Source: Tubiluchus corallicola (taxonomy: Eukaryota > Animalia > Priapulida). From it: 64,000 nucleotides of DNA. The position numbers and the translations under genes were made by a program. Shown in pieces: positions 29,761 to 44,700 of this stretch. Numbering within the stretch: position 1 is the stretch's first letter; the number at the start of each line of letters is the position of its first letter. The notes below the pieces were generated by a model, which searched no databases, had not been told where the DNA came from, and saw only the letters and a list, made by a program, of their open reading frames with translations. The stretch spans positions 9,316-73,315 of the forward strand of contig JAQGDQ010000982.1 of NCBI GenBank assembly GCA_030141605.1, read 5' to 3'.

Positions 29761-32700
29761 AGCTTGAGGGTAAATTTCGTGCATATAATATAATAATTTT
29801 TGATATCCCACCTCTTTGGTTTGTCAATTATTATAAGGACCAGCAGAAACTTTCGATCAGATTTTTTTGAATTTCTACCTTCTGGTACCTGTGTATCTAT
29901 AAATCTTATTATGAATTCCCTATTCCTTTCTAGGCGCTCTGTCTTCATTTCACCATGCAGCCACAAACATCAGTTTCTGCACCAATGTTAATTAGTTGTT
30001 ATTAGATGTTGTAAACATGGTGTCTTTTTAATTGTGTCATTGCATAGGTACCACCTTTGTCATTTTAAAGCAAATATAGAAAAGCTGTTACTACATGTAT
30101 CTACAAATGAAATAGACAGTAAGTCCATACTTTTGTAGAGAATGAGCACAAGATACGTACAGAATGAGTTATTACATGTAATGAACTGTTATACATGTTT
30201 TTATGAGTTGTTGTTAATTTTGCTAAACAATTGTTAAGTTAATTTTTAATAAAATATTTTGCACTTCACTTACAACTTAATATGAATCAGTCATATCAAA
30301 CTAAATTAAAATATAGTAGTAGTTGTTTGTCCCAATATTTTATTGTTAAGATGTTTGAGTTGCCGTTTTTCTGTTTCAGATTATAGAAGTTGCTGATGAG
30401 GGAAAAAACTTGCTGTTTTCTAGTGTCAAGTCAGTTGCCTATTTCTTCTGTTTCGTCAATGGCAGTTGTTAGCAGGTGCTACATGCATAAAGCTTACATA
30501 GGCTTACTATTACTTGAGAAGAACAGTATTTGTTCCAAACATTTAAGTAGAAATCACAACTTGTATCCTAGTCTAATATGAAGAATAGAACAATGTTAAT
30601 AATAATGTTTCCTGTGTGTCAAATCACACAGGCAGCGCAAACGTCTTTTTCTTTACTTATCACTTCTTTGAGTGAATGTGTTCTGCCCTGTGCCTCACCT
30701 CTTTCTCTACCAAAGGAAGTATTCAAAAATTAGGTAAATGATTTCTCTACTTATGGCGCTTCGTGGTTCAAAATTTAGAAAGCATAAGCTAATATGCTTT
30801 GTCATGTTCGCACAACGTGTGCTTCTGTAAAGGTAGAGCAAAGGCATAGAATAAAATGTTGCGTGTTAAAAATGGTTGCAACGCTGAAACACAAAAGGAA
30901 GCTATTACCAAATATTTCAAGAATTAAGAGCAGACACGACCAAATGATTTTTTAAATTACAAGCAAATGACACCAACAATGTTTAGTGACCTGCTAGATA
31001 AAATGAAAATTTCACCTGTCATACAAAAGAGTAATACCTACGTCAGAGCTTGAGGGTAAATTTCGTGCATATAATATAATAATTTTTGATATCTCACCTC
31101 TTTGGTTTGTCAATTATTATAAGGACCAGAAGAAACTTTCGATAAGCTTTCCTTGAATTTCTACCTTCTGGTACCTCTGTATCTATAAATCTTATTATGA
31201 ATTCCCTATTCCTTTCTAGGCGCTCTGTCTTCATTTCACCATGCAGCCACAAACATCAGTTTCTGCACCAATGTTAATTAGTTGTTACTAGATGTTGTAA
31301 AAATGGTGTCTTTTTTATTTGTGTCATTGCATAGGTACCACCTTTAAGCAAATATAGAAAAGCTATTACTACATGTTTCTACAAATGAAATAGACAGTAA
31401 GTCCATACTTTTGTAGAGAATGAGCACAGAATACGTACAGAATGAGTTATTACATGTAATTAACTGTTATACATGTTTTTATGAGTTGTTGTTAATTTTG
31501 CTAAACAATTGTTAAGTTAATTTTTAATAAAATATTTTGCAGTTCACTTGCAACTTAATATGAATCAGTCATATCAAACTAAATTAAAATATAGTAGTAG
31601 TTGTTTGTCCCAATATTTTATTGTTAAGATGTTTGAGTTGCCGTTTTTCTGTTTCAGATTTTAGAATTTGCTGATGAGGGAAAAAACTTGCAGTTTTCTA
31701 GTGTCAAGTCAGTTGCCTATTTCTTCTGTTTCGTCAATGGCAGTTGTTAGCAGGTGCTACATGCAAAAAAGCTCACATAGGCTTACTATTACTTGAGAAG
31801 AACAGTATTTGTTCCAAACACTTACGTAAAGATCACAAGTTGTTTCCTAGTCTAAAATGAAGTAAAGTACAATGTTAATAATAATGTTTCCTGTGTGTCA
31901 AATCACAGAGGCGGCGCAAACGTCTTTTTCGTTTATTTATCACCTCTTTGAGTGAATGTGTTCTGCCCTGTGCTTCACCTCTTTCTTTACCAAATGAAGT
32001 ATTCAAAAATTAGGTAAATGATTTCTCTAGTTATTCTCTAGTTATGGCTCTTCGTGGTTCAAAATTTAGAAAGCATAAGCTAATATGCTTTGTCACGTTT
32101 GCACAACGTGTGCTTCTGTAAAGGTAGAGCGAAGGCATAGAAAAAATGTTGCGTGTTAAAAATGGTTGCAACGAAGAAACACAAAAGGAAGCTATTACCA
32201 AATATTTCAAGAATTAAGAGCAGACACGACCAAATGATTTTTTTAAATTACAAGCAAATGACACCAACAATGTTTAGCGACCTGCTAGATAAAATGAAAA
32301 TTTCACCTGTCATACAAAAGAGTAATACCAACGTCAGTGCTAGAGGGTAAATTTCGTGCATATAATATAATAATTTTTGATATCCCACCTCTTTGGTTTG
32401 TCAATTATTATAAGAACCAGAAGAAACTTTCTATAATCTTTCTATGAATTTCTACCTTCTGGTACTTGTGTATCTATAAATCTTATTATGAATTCCCTAT
32501 TCCTTTCTAGGCACTCTGTCTTCATTTCACCATGCAGCCACAAACATCAGTTTCTGCACCAATGTTAATTAGTTGTTACTAGATGTTGTAAAAATGGTGT
32601 CTCTTTTATTTGTGTCATTGCATAGGTACCACCTTTGTCATTTTAAAGCAAATATAGAAAAGCTGTTACTACATGTATCTACAAATGAAATAGACAGTAA

Positions 32701-35700
32701 GTCCATACTTTTGTAGAGAATGAGCACAAAATACGTACAGAATGAGTTATTATATGTAATGAACTGTTATTCCTTTTTTTGTGAGTTGTTGTTAATTTTG
32801 CTAAACAATTGTTAAGTTAATTTTTAATAAAATATTTTGCACTTCACTTACAACTTAATATGAATCAGTCATATCAAACTAAATTAAAATATAGTAGTAG
32901 TTGTTTGTCCCAATATTTTATTGTTAAGATGTTTGAGTTGAAGTTTTTCTGTTTCAGATAATAGAAGTTGCTGATGAGGGAAAAAACTTGCTGTTTTCTA
33001 GAGTCAAGTCAGTTGCCTATTTCTTCTGTTTCGTCAATGGCAGTTGTTAGCAGGTGCTACATGCATAAAGCTTACATAGGCTTACTATTACTTGAGAAGA
33101 ACAGTATTTGTTCCAAACATTTAGGTAAAGATCACATCTTGTTTCCTAGTCTAAAATGAAGTACAGTACCATGTTAATAATGATGTTTCCTGTATGTCAA
33201 ATCACAGAGGCAGCGCAAACGTCTTTTCCTTTACTTATCACCTCTTTGAGTGAATGTGTTCTGCCCTGTGCCTCACCTCTTTCTCTACCAAATTAAGTAT
33301 TCAAAAATTAGGTAAATGATTTCTCTAGTTATGGCGCTTCGTGGTTCAAAATTTAGAAAGCAAAAGCTAATATGCTTTGTCACGTTCGCACAACGTGTGC
33401 TTCTGTAAAGGTAGAGCGAAGGCATAGAAAAAAATGTTGCGTGTTAAAAATGGTTGCAACGAAGGAAACACAAAAGGAAGCTATTACCAAATATTTCAAG
33501 AATTAAGAGCAGACACGACCAAATGATTTTTTGAATTACAAGCAAATGACACCAACAATGTTTAGTGACCTGCTAGATAAAATGAAAATTTCACCTGTCA
33601 TACAAAAGAGTAATACCTACGTCAGAGCTTGAGTGTAAATTTCGTGCATAAAATATAATAATTTTTGATATCTCACCTCTTTGGTTTGTCAATTATTATA
33701 AGGACCAGAAGAAACATTCGATCAGATTTCCTTGAATTTCTACCTTCTGGTACCTGTGTATCTATAAATCTTATTATGAATTCCCTATTCCTTTCTTGGC
33801 GCTCCATCTTCATTTCACCATGCAGCCACAAACATCAGTTTCCACACCAATGTTAATTAGTTGTTATTAGATGTTGTAAAAATGGTGTCTTTCTTAATTG
33901 TGTCATTGCATAGGTACCACCTTTGTCATTTTAAAGCAAATATAGAAAAGCTGTTACTACATGTATCTACAAATGAAATAGACATTAAGTCCATACTTTT
34001 GTAGAGAATGAGCACAGAATACGTACAGAATGAGTTATTACATGTAATGAACTGTTATACATGTTTTTATGAGTTGTTGTTAATTTTGCTAAACAATTGT
34101 TAAGTTAATTTTTAATAAAATATTTTGCAGTTCACTTGCAACTTAATATGAATCAGTCATATCAAACTAAATTAAAATATAGTAGTAGTTGTTTGTCCCA
34201 ATATTTTATTGTTAAGATGTTTGAGTTGCCGTTTTTCTGTTTCAGATTTTAGAAGTTGCTGATGAGGGAAAAAACTTGCAGTTTTCTAGTGTCAAGTCAG
34301 TTGCCTATTTCTTCTGTTTCGTCAATGGCAGTTGTTAGCAGGTGCTACATGCAAAAAACCTCACATAGGCTTACTATTACTTGAGAAGAACAGTATTTGT
34401 TCCAAACATTTAGGTAAAGATCACAACTTGTTTCCTAGTCTAAAATGAAGTACAGTACAACGTTAATAATAATGTTTCCTGTATGTCAAATCACAGAGGC
34501 AGCACAAACGTCTTTTTCTTTACTTATCACCTCTTTGAGTGAATGTGTTCTGCCCTGTGCCTCACCTCTTTCTCTACCAAAGGAAGTATTCAAAAATTAG
34601 GTAAATGATTTCTCTACTTATGGCGCTTCGTGGTTCAAAATTTAGAAAGCATAAGCTAATATGCTTTGTCACGTTCGCACAACGTGTGCTTCTGTAAAGG
34701 TAGAGCGAAGGCATAGAAAAAAATGTTGCGTGTTAAAAATGGTTGCAACGAAGGAAACACAAAAGGAAGCTATTGCCAAATATTTCAAGAATTAAGAGCA
34801 GACACGACCAAGTGAGTTTTTAAATTACAAGCAAATGACACCAACAATGTTTAGTGACCTGCTAGATAAAATGAAAATTTCACCTGTCATACAAAAGAGT
34901 AATACTTACGTCAGAGCTTGAGGGTAAATTTTGTGCATATAATATAATAATTTTTGATATCTCACCTCTTTGGTTTGTCAATTATTATAAGGACCAGAAG
35001 AAACTTTCGATAAGCTTTCTATGAATTTCTACCTTCTGGTACCTGTGTATCTATAAATCTTATTATGAATTCCCTATTCCTTTCTAGGCACTCTGTCTTC
35101 ATTTCACCATGCAGCCACAAACATCAGTTTCTGCACCAATGTTAATTAGTTGTTACTAGATGTTGTAAAAATGGTGTCTCTTTTATTTGTGTCATTGCAT
35201 AGGTACCACCTTTGTCATTTTAAAGCAAATATAGAAAAGCTGTTACTACATGTATCTACAAATGAAATAGACAGTAAGTCCACACTTTTGTAGAGAATTA
35301 GCACAGAATACGTACAGAATGAGTTATTATATGTAATGAACTGTTATTCCTTTTTTTGTGAGTTGTTGTTAATTTTGCTAAACAATTGTTAAGTTAATTT
35401 TTAATAAAATATTTTGCACTTCACTTACAACTTAATATGAATCAGTCATATCAAACTAAATTAAAATATAGTAGTAGTTGTTTGTCCCAACATTTTATTG
35501 TTAAGATGTTTGAGTTGAAGTTTTTCTGTTTCAGATAATAGAAGTTGCTGATGAGGGAAAAAACTTGCTGTTTTCTAGTGTCAAGTCAGTTGCCTATTTC
35601 TTCTGTTTCGTCAATGGCAGTTGTTAGCAGGTGCTACATGCATAAAGCTTACATAGGCTTACTATTACTTGAGAAGAACAGTATTTGCTCCAAACATTTA

Positions 35701-38700
35701 GGTAAAGATCACATCTTGTTTCCTAGTCTAAAATGAAGTACAGTACCATGTTAATAATGATGTTTCCTGTATGTCAAATCACAGAGGCAGTGCAAACGTA
35801 TTTTCCTTTACTTATCACCTCTTTGAGTGAATGTGTTCTGCCCTGTGCCTCACCTCTTTCTCTACCAAATTAAGTATTCAAAAATTAGGTAAATGATTTC
35901 TCTAGTTATGGCGCTTCGTGGTTCAAAATTTAGAAAGCAAAAGCTAATATGCTTTGTCACGTTCGCACAACGTGTGCTTCTGTAAAGGTAGAGCGAAGGC
36001 ATAGAAAAAAATGTTGCGTGTTAAAAATGGTTGCAACGAAGGAAACACAAAAGGAAGCTATTACCAAATATTTCAAGAATTAAGAGCAGACACGACCAAA
36101 TGAGTTTTTAAATTGCAAGCAAATGACACCAACAATGTTTAGTGACCTGCTAGATAAAATGAAAATTTCACCTGTCATACAAAAGAGTAATACCTACGTT
36201 AGAGCTTGAGGGTAAATTTCGTGCATATAATATAATAATTTTTGATATCTCACCTCTTTGGTTTGTCAATTATTATAAGGACCAGAAGAAACATTCGATC
36301 AGATTTCCTTGAATTTCTACCTTCTGGTACCTGTGTATCTATAAATCTTATTATGAATTCCCTATTCCCTTCATGGCGCTCCGTCTTCATTTCACCATGC
36401 AGCCACAAACATCAGTTTCCACCCCAATGTTAATTAGTTGTTATTAGATGTTGTAAAAATGGTGTCTTTCTTAATTGCGTCATTGCATAGGTACCACCTT
36501 TGTCATTTTAAAGCAAATATAGAAAAGCTGTTACTACATGTATCAACAAATGAAATAGACATTAAGTCCATAATTTTGTAGAGAATGAGCACAGAATACG
36601 TACAGAATGAGTTATTACATGTAATGAACTGTTATACATGTTTTTATGAGTTGTTGTTAATTTTGCTAAACAATTGTTAAGTTAATTTTTAATAAAATAT
36701 TTTGCAGTTCACTTGCAACTTAATATGAATCAGTCATATCAAACTAAATTAAAATATAGTAGTAGTTGTTTGTCCCAATATTTTATTGTTAACATGTTTG
36801 AGTTGCCGTTTTTCTGTTTCAGATTTTAGAAGTTGCTGATGAGGGAAAAAACTTGCAGTTTTCTAGTGTCAAGTCAGTTGCCTATTTCTTCTGTTTCGTC
36901 AATGGCAGTTGTTAGCAGGTGCTACATGCAAAAAACCTCACATAGGCTTACAATTACTTGAGAAGAACAGTATTTGTTCCAAACATTTAAGTAGAAATCA
37001 CAACTTGTATCCTAGTCTAATATGAGGAATAGTACAATGTTAATAATAATGTTTCCTATGTGTCAAATCACACAGGCAGCGCAAACGTATTTTTCTTTAC
37101 TTATCACTTCTTTGAGTGAATGTGTTCTGTCCTGTGCTTCACCTCTTTCTTTACAAAAGGAAGTATTCGAAAATTAGGTAAATGATTTCTCTACTTATGG
37201 CGCTTCGTGGTTCAAAATTTAGAAAGCATAAGCTAATACGCTTTGTCACGTTCGCACAACGTGTGCTTCTGTAAAGGTAGAGCGAAGGCATAGAAAAAAA
37301 TGTTGCGTGTTAAAAATTGTTGCAACGAAGAAACACAAAAGGAAGCTATTGCCAAATATTTCAATAATTGAGAGCAGACACGACCAAATGATTTTTTTTA
37401 AATTACAAGCAAATGACACCAACAATGTTTAGCGACCAGCTAGATAAAATGAAAATTTCACCTGTCATACAAAAGAGTAATACCAACGTCAGTGCTTGAG
37501 GGTAAATTCCGTGCATATAATATAATAATTTTTGATATCCCACTTCTTTGGTTTGTCAATTATTATAAGGACCAGAAGAAACTTTCTATAAGCTTTCTAC
37601 CTTCTGGTACCTGTGTATCTATAAATCTTATTATGAATTCCCTATTCCTTTCTAGGCGCTCCGTCTTCATTTCACCATGCAGCCACAAACATCAGTTTCC
37701 GCACCAATGTTAATTAGTTGTTATTAGATGTTGTAAAAATGGTGTCTTTTTTAATTGTGTCATTGCATAGGTACCACCTTTGTCATTTTAATGCAAATAT
37801 AGAAAAGCTGTTACTACATGTATCTACAAATGAAATAGACATTAAGTCCATACTTTTGTAGAGAATGAGCACAGAATATGTACAGAATGAGTTATTACAT
37901 TTAATTAACTGTTATACATGTTTTTATGAGTTTTTGTTAATTTTGCTAAACAATTGTTAAGTAAATTTTTAATAAAATATTTTGCAGTTCACTTGCAACT
38001 TAATATGAATCAGTCATATCAAACTAAACTAAAATATAGTGGTAGTTGTTTGTCACAATATTTTATTGTTATGATGTTTGAGTTGCCATTTTTCTGTTTC
38101 AGATTATAGAAGTTGCTGATGAGGGAAGAAACTTGCTGTTTTCTAGCATCAAGTCAGTTGCCTATTTCTTCTGTTTGGTCAATGGCAGTTGTTACCAGGT
38201 GCTACATTCATAAAGCTTTCATAGGCTTACTATTACTTGAGAAGAACAGTATTTGTTCCAAACATTTAAGTAGAAATCACAACTTGTTTCCTAGTCTAAA
38301 ATGAAGTACAGTACAATGTTAATAATAATGTTTCCGGAGTGTCAAATCACAGAGGCAGCACAAACATCTTTTTCTTTACTTATCACTTCTTTGAGTGAAT
38401 GTGTTCTGCCCTGTGCCTCACCTCTTTTTTTACCAAAGGAAGTATTCAAAAATTAGGTAAATGATTTCTCTAGTTATGGCACTTCGTGATTCAAAATTTA
38501 GAAAGCATAAGCTAATATGCTTTGTCACGTTTGCACAACGTGTGCTTCTGTAAAGGTAGAGTGAAGGCATAGAAAAAAATGTTGCGTGTTAAAAATGGTT
38601 GCAACGAAGGAAACACAAAAGGAAGCTATTACCAAATATTTCAAGAATTAAGAGCAGACACGACCAAATGATTTTTTTAAATTACAAGCAAATGACACCA

Positions 38701-41700
38701 ACAATGTTTAGTGACCTGCTAGATAAAATGAAAATTTCACTTGTCATACAAAAGAGTAATACCTACGTCAGAGCTTGAGGGTAAATTTCGTGCATATAAT
38801 ATAATAATTTTTGATATCCCACCTCTTTGGTTTGTCAATTATTATAAGGACCAGAAGAAACTTTCTATAAGATTTCCTTGAATTTCTACCTTCTGGTACC
38901 TGTGTATCTATAAATCTTATTATGAATTCCCTATTCCTTTCTAGGCGCTCCGTCTTCATTTCACCATGCAGCCACAAACATCAGTTTCCGCACCAATGTT
39001 AATTAGTTGTTATTAGATGTTGTAAAAATGGTGTCTTTTTTAATTGGGTCATTGCATAGGTACCACCTTTTTCATTTTAAAGCAAATATAGAAAAGCTGT
39101 TACTACATGTATCTACATATGAAATAGACAGTAAGTCCGTACTTTTGTAGAGAATGAGCACAGAATAGGTACAGAATGAGTTATTACATGTAATGAACTG
39201 TTATACATGTATTTATGAGTTGTTGTTAATTTTGCTAAACAATTGTTAAGTTAATTTTTAATAAAATATTTTGCACTTCACTTAGAACTTAATATGAATC
39301 AGTCATATCAAACTAAATTAAAATATAGTAGTAGTAGTTTGTCCCAATATTTTATTGTTAAGATGTTTAAGTTGCCATTTTTCTGTTTCAGATTATAGAA
39401 GTTGCTGATGAGGGAAAAATCTTGCTGTTTTCTAGTGTCAAGCCAGCTGCCTATTTCTTCTGTTTCGTCAATATCAGTTGTTAGCAGGTGCTACATGCAA
39501 AAAAGCTCACATGGGATTACAATTACTTGAGAAGAACAGTATTTGATCCAAACATTTAGGTAAAGATCACAACTTGTTTCCTAGTCTAAAATGAAGAACA
39601 GTGCAATGTTAATAATAATGTTTCCTGTATGTCAAATCACAGAGGCAGCGCAAACGTCTTTTTCTTTACTTATCACTTCTTTGAGTGAATGTGCTCTGCC
39701 CTGTGCCTCACCTCTTTCTTTACCAAAGGAAGTATTCAAAAATTATGTAAATGATTTCTCTAGTTATGGCGCTTCGTGATTCAAAATTTAGAAAGCATAA
39801 GCTAATATGCTTTGCCACGTTCACACAACATGTGCTTCTGTAAAGGTAGAGAGAGGGCATAGAAAAAAATGTTGCGTGGTAAAAATTGTTGCAACGAAGA
39901 AACACAAAAGGAAGCTATTAGCACATATTTCAAGAATTGAGAGCAGACACAACCAAATGATTTTTTTCAATTACAAGCAAGTGACACCAACAATGTTTAG
40001 CGACCTGCTAGGTAAAATGAAAATTTCACTTGTCATACAAAAGAGTAATACCAACGTCAGGGCTTGAGGGTAAATTTCGTGCATATAACATAATAATTTT
40101 TGATATCCCACCTCTTTGGTTTGTCAATTATTATAAGGACCAGAAGAAACTTTCTATAAGCTTTCTATGAATTTCTACCTTCTGGTACCTGTGTATCTAT
40201 AAATCTTATTATGAATTCCCTATTCTTTTCTAGGCGCTCCGTCTTCATTTCACCATGCAGCCACAAACATCAGTTTCCGCATCAATGTTAATTAGTTGTT
40301 ATTAGATGTTGTAAAAATGGTGTCTTTTTTAATTGTGTCATTGCATAGGTACCACCTTTGTCATTTTAAAGCAAATATAGAAAAGCTGTTACTACATGTA
40401 TCTACAAATGAAATAGACATTAAGTCCATACTTTTGTAGAGAATGAGCACAGAATACGTACAGAATGAGTTATTACATTTAATTAACTGTTATACATGTT
40501 TTTATGAGTTTTTGTTAATTTTGCTAAACAATTGTTAAGTAAATTTTTAATAAAATATTTTGCAGTTCACTTGCAACTTAATATGAATCAGTCATATCAA
40601 ACTAAACTAAAATATAGTGGTAGTTGTTTGTCACAATATTTCATTGTTATGATATTTGAGTTGCCGTTTTTCTGTTTCAGATTATAGAAGTTGCTCATGA
40701 GGGAATAAACTTGCTGTTTTGTAGTGTCTAGTCAGTTGCCTATTTCTTCTGTTTGGTCAATGGCAGTTGTTACCAGGTGCTACATGCATAAAGCTTACAT
40801 AGGCTTACTATTACTTGAGAAGAACAGTATTTGTTCCAAACATTTAAGTAGAAATCACAACTTGTTTCCTAGTCTAAAATAAAAGTACAGTACCATGTTA
40901 ATAATGATGTTTCCTGTATGTCAAATCACAGAGGCAGTGCAAACGTCTTTTCCTTTACTTATCACCTCTTTGAGTGAATGTGTTCTGCCCTGTGCCTCAC
41001 CTCTTTCTCTACCAAATTAAGTATTCAAAAATTAAGTAAATGATTTCTCTAGTTATGGCGCTTCGTGGTTCAAAATTTAGAAAGCATAAGCTAATATGCT
41101 TTGTCACGTTCGCACAACGTGTGCTTCTGTAAAGGTAGAGCGAAGGCATAGAAAAAAATGTTGCGTGTTAAAAATGGTTGCAACGAAGGAAACACAAAAG
41201 GAAGCTATTACCAAATATTTCAAGAATTAAGAGCAGACACGACCAAATGAGTTTTTAAATTGCAAGCAAATGACACCAACAATGTTTAGTGACCTGCTAG
41301 ATAAAATGAAAATTTCACCTGTCATACAAAAGAGTAATACCTACGTTAGAGCTTGAGGGTAAATTTCGTGCATATAATATAATAATTTTTGATATCTCAC
41401 CTCTTTGGTTTGTCAATTATTATAAGGACCAGAAGAAACATTTGATCAGATTTCCTTGCATTTCTACCTTCTGGTACCTGTGTATCTATAAATCTTATTA
41501 TGAATTCCCTATTCCTTTCTTGGCGCTCTGTCTTCATTTCACCATGCAGCCACAAACATCAGTTTCCGCACCAATGTTAATTAGTTGTTATTAGATGTTG
41601 TAAAAATGGTGTCTTTTTTAAATGTGTCATTGCATAGGCACCACCTTTGTCATTTTAAAGCAAACATAGAAAAGCAGTTACTACATGTATCTACAAATGA

Positions 41701-44700
41701 AATAGACATTAAGTCCATTCTTTTGTAGAGAATGAGCACAGAATATGTACAGAATGAGTTATTACATTTAATTAACTATTATACATGTTTTTATGAGTTT
41801 TTGTTAATTTTGCTAAACAATTGTTAAGTAAATTTTTAATAAAATATTTTGCACTTCACTTGCAACTTAATATGAATCAGTCATATCAAACTAAACTAAA
41901 ATATAGTGGTAGCTGTTTGTCACAATATTTTATTGTTATGATGTTTGAGTTGCCATTTTTCTGTTTCAGATTATAGAAGTTGCTGATGAGGGAAGAAACT
42001 TGCTGTTTTCTAGCATCAAGTCAGTTGACTATTTCTTCTGTTTGGTCAATGGCAGTTGTTACCAGGTGCTACATTCATAAAGCTTTCATAGGCTTACTAT
42101 TACTTGAGAAGAACAGTATTTGTTCCAAACATTTAAGTAGAAATCACAACTTGTTTCCTAGTCTAAAATGAAGTACAGTACAATGTTAATAATAATGTTT
42201 CCGGAGTGTCAAATCACAGAGGCAGCACAAACGTCTTTTTCTTTACTTATCACTTCTTTGAGTGAATGTGTTCTGCCCTGTGCCTCACCTCTTTTTTTAC
42301 CAAAGGAAGTATTCAAAAATTAGGTAAATGATTTCTCTAGTTATGGCACTTCGTGATTCAAAATTTAGAAAGCATAAGCTAATATGCTTTGTCACGTTTG
42401 CACAACGTGTGCTTCTGTAAAGGTAGAGTGAAGGCATAGAAAAAAATGTTGCGTGTTAAAAATGGTTGCAACGAAGGAAACACAAAAGGAAGCTATTACC
42501 AAATATTTCAAGAATTAAGAGCAGACACGACCAAATGATTTTTTTTAAATTACAAGCAAATGACACCAACAATGTTTAGCGACCAGCTAGATAAAATGAA
42601 AATTTCACCTGTCATACAAAAGAGTAATACCAACGTCAGTGCTTGAGGGTAAATTTCGTGCATATGATATATAATAATTTTTGATATCCCACCTCTTTGG
42701 TTTGTCAATTATTATAAGGACCAGAAGAAACTTTCTATAAGCTTTCTACCTTCTGGTACCTGTGTATCTATAAATCTTATTATGAATTCCCTATTCCTTT
42801 CTAGGCGCTCCGTCTTCATTTCACCATGCAGCCACAAACATCAGTTTCCGCACCAATGTTAATTAGTTGTTATTAGATGTTGTAAAAATGGTGTCTTTTT
42901 TAATTGGGTCATTGCATAGGTACCACCTTTTTCATTTTAAAGCAAATATAGAAAAGCTGTTACTACATGTATCTACATATGAAATAGACAGTAAGTCCAT
43001 ACTTTTGTAGAGAATGAGCACAGAATAGGTACAGAATGAGTTATTACATGTAATGAACTGTTATACGTGTATTTATGAGTTGTTGTTAATTTTGCTAAAC
43101 AATTGTAAAGTTAATTTTTAATAAAATATTTTGCACTTCACTTACAACTTAATATGAATCAGTCATATCAAACTAAATTAAAATATAGTAGTAGTTGTTT
43201 GTCCCAATATTTTATTGTTAAGATGTTTAAGTTGCCATTTTTCTGTTTCAGATTATAGAAGTTGCTGATGAGGGAAAAATCTTGCTGTTTTCTAGTGTCA
43301 AGCCAGTTGCCTATTTCTTCTGTTTCGTCAATATCAGTTGTTAGCAGGTGCTACATGCAAAAAAGCTCACATGGGATTACAATTACTTGAGAAGAACAGT
43401 ATTTGATCCAAACATTTAGGTAAAGATCACAACTTGTTTCCTAGTCTAAAATGAAGAACAGTGCAATGTTAATAATAATGTTTCCTGTATGTCAAATCAC
43501 AGAGGCAGCGCAAACGTCTTTTTCTTTACTTATCACTTCTTTGAGTGAATGTGCTCTGCCCTGTGCCTCACCTCTTTCTTTACCAAAGGAAGTATTCAAA
43601 AATTATGTAAATGATTTCTCTAGTTATGGCGCTTCGTGATTCAAAATTTAGAAAGCATAAGCTAATATGCTTTGCCACGTTCACACAACATGTGCTTCTG
43701 TAAAGGTAGAGAGAAGGCATAGAAAAAATGTTGCGTGGTAAAAATTGTTGCAACGAAGAAACACAAAAGGAAGCTATTAGCACATATTTCAAGAATTGAG
43801 AGCAGACACAACCAAATGATTTTTTTCAATTACAAGCAAATGACACCAACAATGTTTAGCGACCTGCTAGGTAAAATGAAAATTTCACTTGTCATACAAA
43901 AGAGTAATACCAACGTCAGTGCTTGAGGGTAAATTTCGTGCATATAACATAATAATTTTTGATATCCCACCTCTTTGGTTTGTCAATTATTATAAGGACC
44001 AGAAGAAACTTTCTATAAGCTTTCTATGAATTTCTACCTTCTGGTACCTGTGTATCTATAAATCTTATTATGAATTCCCTATTCTTTTCTAGGCGCTCCG
44101 TCTTCATTTCACCATGCAGCCACAAACATCAGTTTCCGCACCAATGTTAATTAGTTGTTATTAGATGTTGTAAAAATGGTGTCTTTTTTAATTGTGTCAT
44201 TGCATAGGTACCACCTTTGTCATTTTAAAACAAATATAGAAAAGCTGTTACTACATGTATCTACAAATGAAATAGACATTAAGTCCATACTTTTGTAGAG
44301 AATGAGCACAGAATACATACAGAATGAGTTATTACATTTAATTAACTGTTATACATGTTTTTATGAGTTTTTGTTAATTTTGCTAAACAATTGTTAAGTA
44401 AATTTTTAATAAAATATTTTGCAGTTCACTTGCAACTTAATATGAATCAGTCATATCAAACTAAACTAAAATATAGTGGTAGTTGTTTGTCACAATATTT
44501 CATTGTTAAGATGTTTAAGTTGCCATTTTTCTGCTTCAGATTATAGAAGTTGCTGATGAGGGAAAAATCTTGCTGTTTTCTAGTGTCAAGCCAGTTGCCT
44601 ATTTCTTCTGTTTCGTCAATATCAGTTGTTAGCAGGTGCTACATGCAAAAAAGCTCACATGGGATTACAATTACTTGAGAAGAACAGTATTTGATCCAAA